This document shows, in pieces, positions 56,922 through 64,000 of a DNA stretch of 64,000 nucleotides (positions within the stretch are counted from its first letter, which is position 1; every line of letters begins with the position of its first letter). The position numbers were made by a program, and so were the translations under genes. The DNA comes from Armatimonadota bacterium (GTDB lineage: Bacteria > Armatimonadota > Fimbriimonadia > Fimbriimonadales > Fimbriimonadaceae): positions 1 to 64,000 of the forward strand of contig JANNQV010000051.1 of assembly GCA_031400935.1 (NCBI GenBank). Reading direction: 5' to 3'. The notes beneath the pieces are model-generated. The model was not told the DNA's origin. It made no database searches and worked only from the letters and a program-made list of their open reading frames with translations.

Positions 56922-59048
56922 ATGTCACGAAGTTCAATTCTTTCGTTTGTTATCGTCGCAGTTGGAACTGGAGTGCTCTTAGCAACTTCAGCTCAATCTC
57001 AGTTGGGTGCGCCCAAAAACGCTGTAGTGTTACAGCCCACAACGCCTGGAACGGCCCAGAGTGGACATATTCATGTGACTGGGGCAATTCGGTCAGGGGG
57101 CTTCATAGGAAATGGTTCGCTATTGGGAAATCTGAATTGGTCGGCTTTGATTGGAGTGCCGGCGGGATTTGCAGACGGCATTGACAACGACACGACCTAC
57201 ACGAACGGGCTTGGTCTTGGTCTTGGCGGAAACACGTTTTTTGTCGCAAATGGTGGAATTGTCACAGCAATGATCAACGATCTTGCAGTTACAAACGCCA
57301 AAATTTCTGACGTCGGATGGGGCAAAATCTTGGGCATTCCTTCAGCGTTTCCTCCAGGCGGAGTTGCATCGGGGGATCTGGGTGGGACTTATCCTGCACC
57401 GGTAGTGACTGCACTCCGAGGCAGAAATGTCACCGGCGCGCTTCCAAATACAGGTGATTATCTTGGATGGAATGGAAGTTCTTGGGGACCTGGAAATGAA
57501 GGTGGAGCCCTTGTAAATCTAAACGCATCTGAACTTGTGACTGGGATAATTCCAAATTCTCGACTTAATATCGGCGGGGATTTGTCAGGGCCGTTATCTT
57601 CAGTAACCGTTGATGGTCTGCAAGGAAGAACTGTAAGTTCGAGTTTGCCAAACATAAATGAAGCTCTTCTCTGGACAGGGACTCAATGGGCGCCTGGAGT
57701 ACCTACAGCAGGTGCAATAACGCTTCCTTTCAGCGGGTCGGCAAGTGCGCCTGGAGCAGCAGCGTTTGAGGCAACAAATACAAGCTCCACGGGACGGGGT
57801 CTAAGTGGAATTTCGACTTCGACATTTGGTACTAACTATGGCGGATATTTCTCAAGCGCTTCTTCAAGCGGCAGAAGCGTATACGGCTTTGCGACAGGAA
57901 CTACGGGACAGAACTATGGTGGCTTCTTTCAAAGCGATGGAGTAATTGGGCGGGCAGTATACGGACTTGCAAGCGAAGCAACCGGAACAAACTATGGCGG
58001 ATACTTTGATAGCAATAGCGTGGCTGGCTACGGTGTATATGCGATCAGCGCAGGAATCTATGGCGTTCAAGGCACCACTACCCATTCGAGTTCGACCACC
58101 TATGGCGGATATTTTCAGAGCCAAAGCACATCCGGGAGAGGGGTGTACGGTATCGCAACTGAACTAACAGGCGTTACTTATGGCGGATACTTTGATAGCA
58201 ACAGCGAAGACGGATATGGAGTTTATGGCATAAGCAGCGGATCCGAAGGTGGGCACTTTGAGTGCAGTGGCACCACGTTAGCTAAGGGCGTTTCAGGAAT
58301 TGCCACTTCGTTGCTTGGGACTACATACGGTGGGTACTTCGAGAGTAACAGTACGAGCGGATATGGAGTATCTGCGTTCAGTGCTGGTCTCTACGGAGTA
58401 AGAGGCGAAACAACATTAGGGACCGGAACTGCATACGGTGGCTATTTTAGGAGCAACAGCACTTCTGGTGTTGGCGTTATGGGATATGCGTCCGCCGCTA
58501 CCGGAACTATCTACGGTGTAAGAGGTCAAGGCAACATTACAGGGTACGGAGTTTATGCTGTAGGGGAATTAGGTGCAAGCGGAGTTAAGTCCTTTCGAAT
58601 TGACCATCCAACCGATCCAGAAAACAAATACCTTCTTCACTATTCAACTGAAAGTCCATTCCCACAGAATTTCTATAGTGGGAACATTGTGACGGATGAA
58701 AAAGGGTTTGCTTGGGTTGAACTTCCAACCTATTTTGCAGACATTAACACCAACTTCAAGTACCAGTTGACCGTGATCAGCGAAGATTTTATTCAAGCTG
58801 TTGTTAGCAGAAAAATCGAAGGAACCCAGTTTCAAATTCGAACAAGCGCACCGAAAACTGAAGTTTCTTGGCGAGTTGAGGCAGACCGAAACGATCTCTA
58901 TGTGCAAGCGAAACAACCAAAAGATGTTCAAAACAAGGTAGGACGTGAGCGCGGGAAATACCAGCACCCTGAACTATACGGGATGCCCAAACAAATGGGG
59001 ATGGACTTCGATAAATCTCATGAAACACCGAAATCCAATTCGAAGTGA
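56922..59048 (+). CDS. Exported Gly-rich repetitive fibre/adhesin-like protein
   Basis: Signal peptide; two GDLxG..P..TV..L.GR units; repeated GVYG...TxYGGYF units; C-terminal SFRIDHP..YLLHYSTESP domain. Confidence 0.7.
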   Translation: MSRSSILSFVIVAVGTGVLLATSAQSQLGAPKNAVVLQPTTPGTAQSGHIHVTGAIRSGGFIGNGSLLGNLNWSALIGVPAGFADGIDNDTTYTNGLGLGLGGNTFFVANGGIVTAMINDLAVTNAKISDVGWGKILGIPSAFPPGGVASGDLGGTYPAPVVTALRGRNVTGALPNTGDYLGWNGSSWGPGNEGGALVNLNASELVTGIIPNSRLNIGGDLSGPLSSVTVDGLQGRTVSSSLPNINEALLWTGTQWAPGVPTAGAITLPFSGSASAPGAAAFEATNTSSTGRGLSGISTSTFGTNYGGYFSSASSSGRSVYGFATGTTGQNYGGFFQSDGVIGRAVYGLASEATGTNYGGYFDSNSVAGYGVYAISAGIYGVQGTTTHSSSTTYGGYFQSQSTSGRGVYGIATELTGVTYGGYFDSNSEDGYGVYGISSGSEGGHFECSGTTLAKGVSGIATSLLGTTYGGYFESNSTSGYGVSAFSAGLYGVRGETTLGTGTAYGGYFRSNSTSGVGVMGYASAATGTIYGVRGQGNITGYGVYAVGELGASGVKSFRIDHPTDPENKYLLHYSTESPFPQNFYSGNIVTDEKGFAWVELPTYFADINTNFKYQLTVISEDFIQAVVSRKIEGTQFQIRTSAPKTEVSWRVEADRNDLYVQAKQPKDVQNKVGRERGKYQHPELYGMPKQMGMDFDKSHETPKSNSK

Positions 59049-59064
59049 GTGGAGTTCTTCTCGA

Positions 59065-61065
59065 CTATCCGCCAGGCTTCGTAGGAGGCACACCCACACC
59101 AGGATTTGACGAGAAAAAGCCCGCCGGCACCAATTTGAATCCTGCATGATGCGAACTCATCATTGGCCAATCCTCAATCCGTGGAATATGGGTCACGCCT
59201 ACTGTGTAATACAAAACTACGTCTTCAAATTCGATGGAGCGATTTCCCTTCGTCCAAATTGGCAATCCATCATCTAGAGAGCCATCTTGTACGAATTCTC
59301 CAGCTGAATAAAGTTGCTTTGGATCATAGGGTGTCGCCCACAACTGATGTTCTGTGAATCCGCTGATTTGGCGCAAGAACGAATTTGGCTTTGAGTAGGG
59401 AACAGCCGTCTCGCCCGGAATCAGCATATAGCCTGAAGGTTGATTGAACTTGTTTTTCACTGCCGGATTCGACACAACCCAGCACCGATGCGAGGCCATG
59501 TTGACGTTTCGTTTCGCGGCATCTTCTGTTTTGAGCAACGTCGGAGTCATGAAAATGCCGTTTCCTTGAGCATTTAACTTCTCAGGCGCGGGCCCAACAT
59601 TCATTTCAGTGAGTTGATTCTTCACTTGTCCGTCCACATCCATGTCGAGCCGGAATGAGAAGAAATGCTGGTGGTTCGTGGCTTCAATATTCGGAGCGAC
59701 AAGGGTTCCAAATACGCCGCCATTAGCAGCTGCATGGCCCCCATCTGGGTCTGTTGTTCGAGCCACATTTCGAGTTTCCATGTATCCGCTCAGGTCTGTT
59801 TGCTGCTCTAATGTGCCGTCCTGATGAAAGATCCATTTGAAGTTGTAATCATAGTTTCCGGCTTGATGGATCATTGCCAAAACAAGCTGCCTGCTCCTTC
59901 GAGAATCGCCCCCATGACGCCACAAAATGCCACCATCCTGCTCATAGATAGCGATGCTGTTTCGAGCCATCCTCGCCTTTCCCTCATCATCGTTCACGGC
60001 GACCGAAAGGAATTTTGCATAGTCGGGTGCATCGTTTCCCGGAACAAATGAAGATTTAAATGCTGTGTTCATTCCGAACTCGCCCGCATCAAACCAATGA
60101 ACCATGAAGTAGCTCGGGTCGCCGTACGGAACAAAAAGTTCAGAAAGGGAAGCGCGATAAAGAATAGAACGGACTTTGCCGCCATCTTCATATCCGACTG
60201 TATAGAGAACCAAGCCGACCCTCGGGTCGGCTCCAATTCGAAATCGCCAATTCTGCCATTTCACTTCATTGCCTTCAATCGTGAATGAAGCACCTTCGGG
60301 CTGAGTCATCTTTAGGGGTTTTGGGGCAGGGCGAGTTGGTTCCAAACGCTCTTCATTTTGGGCACCGTTGTCGGGGTCAGACCTGAAAATTGGCCCGCCA
60401 CCATCCCGAATCCAAATGATCTGGCGCTTTGTCACGTTGATCAGCGCCCGCAAATCAGGCACTTCACCGTGTTCCACACGGTCTCCAAAAACGGTAACAG
60501 CCAAAACGTATCGCGAACCATCTGATTTGAAATCCAGATATCCACGGTTCGACATTCCGTAAATGTCAACTTCAATAGGGTCAAGCCCGCGCTTCTTCAC
60601 AGCGGCGATCCACCTTGGGTCAACCCGCAAAAGGCGATCGGCAATATTCGAATCGTTGTAGTCGTTCGTGCTCTGTTTGCCAACCAGGAGCTTTGATTCT
60701 AAGTATTTCTTTGTGATGTTCACGACCGCAAAGAACGTCTCGTTGGTTTTAGGCTCGTAAAAGGTGGCGTTGGCTTTTCTGTCGAACTCGTCACCAGCCT
60801 TAAATGCGAGAACATCTTCCTTCTTAGGCTCGGTGAGCGTAATAAAGGAATACATCGCTCGCCGAGTCGCATGCTTTCCATCCAGCAAGAGCTTAGAAAC
60901 CAGCTTGATCTCATCTTCTGTAAGGGGGTCGAGTGGGTGGCGGAGCAGTTTTGCCTTGGCCTCCGCTTCTGCCTTTTCGTCCTTTGGCGGGGATGTTGCG
61001 CTTTGGGAAAAGCAAACATTTAGGCAAACAAGAAAGGAAGCTAAAAGGGCAAGAGTTCTAATCAC
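59065..61065 (-). CDS. tynA: Exported copper/topaquinone primary amine oxidase
   Basis: HPLDPL, GNYDY (TPQ Tyr), HQH and THIPRIEDWP copper ligands, FDAGEFG catalytic Asp; signal peptide. Confidence 0.92.
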   Translation of the reverse strand: MIRTLALLASFLVCLNVCFSQSATSPPKDEKAEAEAKAKLLRHPLDPLTEDEIKLVSKLLLDGKHATRRAMYSFITLTEPKKEDVLAFKAGDEFDRKANATFYEPKTNETFFAVVNITKKYLESKLLVGKQSTNDYNDSNIADRLLRVDPRWIAAVKKRGLDPIEVDIYGMSNRGYLDFKSDGSRYVLAVTVFGDRVEHGEVPDLRALINVTKRQIIWIRDGGGPIFRSDPDNGAQNEERLEPTRPAPKPLKMTQPEGASFTIEGNEVKWQNWRFRIGADPRVGLVLYTVGYEDGGKVRSILYRASLSELFVPYGDPSYFMVHWFDAGEFGMNTAFKSSFVPGNDAPDYAKFLSVAVNDDEGKARMARNSIAIYEQDGGILWRHGGDSRRSRQLVLAMIHQAGNYDYNFKWIFHQDGTLEQQTDLSGYMETRNVARTTDPDGGHAAANGGVFGTLVAPNIEATNHQHFFSFRLDMDVDGQVKNQLTEMNVGPAPEKLNAQGNGIFMTPTLLKTEDAAKRNVNMASHRCWVVSNPAVKNKFNQPSGYMLIPGETAVPYSKPNSFLRQISGFTEHQLWATPYDPKQLYSAGEFVQDGSLDDGLPIWTKGNRSIEFEDVVLYYTVGVTHIPRIEDWPMMSSHHAGFKLVPAGFFSSNPGVGVPPTKPGG

Positions 61066-61131
61066 GATAGAACAGGATACCGCTATCCCATTCGCAACTT
61101 CCTTTCAAGCAGTTTCGTCTGTTTCAACAAC

Positions 61132-61722
61132 ATGGCAACAACTCAGACTGACGGCAGATTCAACCACCCATCCTATGTGCTCAAGAGGCAGATATTCAAG
61201 ATGGTGGGCTCGAATTTTTTCATCTATGAACCCAGCGGCGCACTTGCGTTTTTTGTCCATCAAAAGGGTTTCAAGTTGAAAGAGGATATAACAGTCTTTG
61301 CTGACGAAGCCCAATCGAACCCGCTTTTTACGATTCGGGCAAGGCAAATCATGGATTTTTCGGCGGCATACGACATTTCTTTGGCTGGGAGTGGGGAGAG
61401 AATAGGCGTTCTCAAGCGGAAGGGCTGGGCATCTATTGCTAGAGACGAATGGATAGTCTGCGATGCTAACGAAGTGCAATTCGCGCAGCTGATTGAAGAT
61501 TCGCTGATGCTGGCTCTTTTTAGGAGGTTCCTTTCGGGCTTGATTCCTCAAAACTACGACATGTTGACTGGAACAACCCGAATCGCGGACTACAAGCAGA
61601 ATTTCAACCCGTTTAGCTACAACTTGAACCTAGATATGAGCGAGTGGAACGATCAGTTCGACCGAAGGATCGCCATTGCGGCGGCAGTGCTTTTGGCGGC
61701 GATTGAGGGAAGGCAGAAGTAG
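61132..61722 (+). CDS. LURP-one/scramblase-like protein
   Basis: FVHQKGFKLKEDI, IRARQIMDFSAAYDI, DRRIAIAAAVLLAAIEGRQ. Confidence 0.65.
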   Translation: MATTQTDGRFNHPSYVLKRQIFKMVGSNFFIYEPSGALAFFVHQKGFKLKEDITVFADEAQSNPLFTIRARQIMDFSAAYDISLAGSGERIGVLKRKGWASIARDEWIVCDANEVQFAQLIEDSLMLALFRRFLSGLIPQNYDMLTGTTRIADYKQNFNPFSYNLNLDMSEWNDQFDRRIAIAAAVLLAAIEGRQK

Positions 61723-61846
61723 GGGTTGGGGAGGGAGTCGAGCAAAATTGAAGCCGCAAAAGCCTTCCAAAAGCACGGTCTGTGAACTTGTGTTTGAATA
61801 CAGGTTTGTGATTCCTGGCTCAAATGGACTTTTTCTGGCGCATTTA

Positions 61847-61948
61847 ACTCCTCACCCAGCCCTCTCCTCTAGTTCAAGCTCGTTCCTCGCGAACAAAAGG
61901 AGAGGGCTCATAACCCCCTTCCTCTCACTTCGCGAAAGGAAGGGGGTT
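61847..61948. repeat. Tandem CCCTCTCC-type palindromes between convergent genes
   Basis: AGCCCTCTCCT..GCTCGTTCCTCGC..AGGAGAGGGCT then AACCCCCTTCCT..AGGAAGGGGGTT. Confidence 0.75.
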
Positions 61949-62715
61949 CAAACAGCCGTCCCCAAATACGCCTCGATGACTTTCGGATTGTTCCGAATCT
62001 CGCTTGGTACACCACGCGCGATTTCCTCGCCATGGTCTAGCACGAGAATCTTTTCGCAAAGGTTCATCACAAAACGCATGTCGTGTTCGATCAAAAGGAC
62101 TGTCTTGTTAAAGTCGTTTCTGATTTTCAGGACTACGTTCAAAAGCTCGTTTTTCTCTTGCGGATTCATGCCAGCGGCAGGTTCATCAAGGAGGATGAGG
62201 TCGCACTGAGTTGCCATCGCCCGGGCGATTTCGACTCGCCGTTGGGCTCCGTACGATAGGTCCGTGCTTCTGGCGTGTGCAAAATTTGCGAGGTCCATAA
62301 ATTCAAGCAATTGCCACGCCTCGTCCTGCAATTTTTCGGTTTCCTTGATGGCTCCTGGAAGATAAATCATTGCCGAGCTTAGCGATGACTTATGCCGAAG
62401 ATGTGCACCGACCATTACATTTTCCAATACAGTTAGTGATGAGAATAGTCGAATATTTTGAAATGTTCTGCCTATTCCTAATGCGGCGATTTTGTTCGGC
62501 GGCAACCCGGTGATTTCTTTGCCGTTGAAGACGATTTCACCAGAAGTGGGCTTGTACATACCTGTTATCAGGTTAAAGCAGGTCGTTTTTCCGGCACCGT
62601 TAGGGCCGATCAAGCCAAAGATATCGCCTTTCAAAATGTCGAACGAAACGTCATTGACGGCAACTAATCCGCCAAAACGAATCAGAGCATTTTGAACACT
62701 TAGAACTGCGGTCAA
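61948..62715 (-). CDS. livG: Branched-chain amino acid ABC transporter ATP-binding protein
   Basis: FGGLVAVNDVSF, GPNGAGKTT, LSYGAQRRVEIARA, DEPAAGMN, VIEAYLG. Confidence 0.93.
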   Translation of the reverse strand: MTAVLSVQNALIRFGGLVAVNDVSFDILKGDIFGLIGPNGAGKTTCFNLITGMYKPTSGEIVFNGKEITGLPPNKIAALGIGRTFQNIRLFSSLTVLENVMVGAHLRHKSSLSSAMIYLPGAIKETEKLQDEAWQLLEFMDLANFAHARSTDLSYGAQRRVEIARAMATQCDLILLDEPAAGMNPQEKNELLNVVLKIRNDFNKTVLLIEHDMRFVMNLCEKILVLDHGEEIARGVPSEIRNNPKVIEAYLGTAV

Positions 62716-64000
62716 GGTGCCACCCCAATCGCCTTCTTCTTTCCAAAAATTCCCTTAATAAAGTCCCAACTGAATTCTTGATGGCTCATGATTCCTTGTG
62801 GCCGGTTCAGCATGACAATAACAAGAGCCAACGAAAAAATTGCCCATCGCAGGTCGGCTGCTTGATATTTTATGGGGTCAAGAACTGCTGCAAGGGGAGC
62901 GATTTTATGGAGCAAAGCTTGTGTTCCAAATGAGACGCCGTAGGCGAGAGCGAGCACCACCATGGCACCGCCAAATTTTGGCAATGCCGTTCGAAATGAA
63001 GATGGAAGTAGCATCGCAACATTAAGAGCCAAGGCGATCACAACAAACGCTACTTTTATTACAACCGACATATCGGCTCCCCAAAGACGATACGCCCCAA
63101 ATAAGGCGCAACCAAGTCCAATCAAGCCCGGAACAATCAGTGCCTTGTCGAAAGTGACTCTAGCAGGGCCTTCGATTCGCTTAAAGACTTGCTTTGCTAA
63201 AAGGACAGTCACGATTAATGCAATCAAAAATCCATAGAGTGCAGTTGCCGAAATTCCGGGTAACGCTCGCAATCCTTCTTCGAGTACTTTGAGACTAACC
63301 CCAGAGATTACCGCTCCTGTAATTGAACCCGTACCACCGATCACGACCATCGCGACAAGCATAAAGCTGACATCCATTTTGAAATCGTCAGGAGAAACAG
63401 ATCGGTTGTAATGGGCAAACAAGGCTCCCGCCATTCCTGCTATTGCAGCACCAATCGTGAATGCTGTAACTTTTATACGCGTAGAGTGAACTCCAGTGGC
63501 ATCTGCGGCCAATTCGTCTTCTCGAACTGAAAGAAAGGAAAGTCCGTGAGCGGTCTTCAGTAAGTTTCGCGAAAGTGCAATTGCAACGATTAGCAAGAGT
63601 AAAAGATGGTACATTTCGGTGAGCTTTGGAACCCCTTGGAGTCCATAGGCGCCACCTAAATCGAGTCCGCCAAATGCTTGCTTTCCACCATCTTGGTTGA
63701 TGACAATGACACGGGCAATTTCACCAAATCCCATAGTCATAACTGCCAAGTAGTCGCCGCGAAGCCTGAGCGAAGGAATTCCAACAAGCAGCCCAATGAG
63801 TGCTGCACCAACGGCTCCAACCACAACCATCAAAGGCAACCAAAGCCAGCCAGGAACGCCTGCGGTTTTGTAGTACATCGAAGAAATCTTGCCGGAGATG
63901 ATTGCACCTGACAAGTAAAACGCCGCATGGCCCATCGAGAATTGGCCGGTAATGCCATTGATAAGGTTGAGGCTGACTGCAAGTGTAGCGTAGAGCAAAC
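62712..64000 (-). CDS. livM: Branched-chain amino acid ABC transporter permease (5' end outside window)
   Basis: SLNLINGITGQFSMGHAAF, LRLRGDYLA, VREDELAA, VVIGGTGS, RPQGI. Confidence 0.9.
   Translation of the reverse strand, partial: LLYATLAVSLNLINGITGQFSMGHAAFYLSGAIISGKISSMYYKTAGVPGWLWLPLMVVVGAVGAALIGLLVGIPSLRLRGDYLAVMTMGFGEIARVIVINQDGGKQAFGGLDLGGAYGLQGVPKLTEMYHLLLLLIVAIALSRNLLKTAHGLSFLSVREDELAADATGVHSTRIKVTAFTIGAAIAGMAGALFAHYNRSVSPDDFKMDVSFMLVAMVVIGGTGSITGAVISGVSLKVLEEGLRALPGISATALYGFLIALIVTVLLAKQVFKRIEGPARVTFDKALIVPGLIGLGCALFGAYRLWGADMSVVIKVAFVVIALALNVAMLLPSSFRTALPKFGGAMVVLALAYGVSFGTQALLHKIAPLAAVLDPIKYQAADLRWAIFSLALVIVMLNRPQGIMSHQEFSWDFIKGIFGKKKAIGVAP

Overview
Mostly core-genome bacterial window with no integrase, transposase, phage genes, rRNA or CRISPR array. 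The gene mix (PEP-CTERM protein, TIGR02530-type flagellar gene, HspR, G5-3D protein, DUF2993-like protein, outer-membrane-type proteins) suggests a diderm Terrabacteria lineage such as Armatimonadota/Fimbriimonadia; this is inference only. Recognisable genes: era with a GAF-GAF histidine kinase and a GGDEF protein; fliK-flgD-flgE; ridA; tyrosine phenol-lyase; rplJL with promoter, L10 leader and attenuator; hpt, rho, a PilB/GspE ATPase, accD/accA, rsmA, queG, initiator tRNA-Met, ygfZ, tatA, gpmA, dGTPase-like, cbpA-hspR, HDOD, an EF-G paralog, 1-Cys peroxiredoxin, 2-oxoacid dehydrogenase E1 alpha/beta, a copper amine oxidase and livMG. Best candidates for undescribed biology: (1) an acyl-ACP-reductase-like gene paired with an uncharacterised partner and no aldehyde deformylase; (2) a tatA-hypothetical-PqqD/RRE-minimal FtsX-ABC ATPase operon with no RiPP enzyme; (3) a 1160-aa repeat-built outer-membrane protein with a SprA-like motif, next to a double FKBP; (4) a structured RNA leader in front of flgE; (5) a 69-bp tandem array in the FliK ruler region; (6) a cytoplasmic glycoside-hydrolase-like protein with a long disordered arm and a three-times repeated microdomain. 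Window-wide patterns: many apparently leaderless genes, two REP-like palindrome families and degenerate 7-9-mer intergenic arrays. All calls come from reading the sequence; no database searches or folding programs were run.
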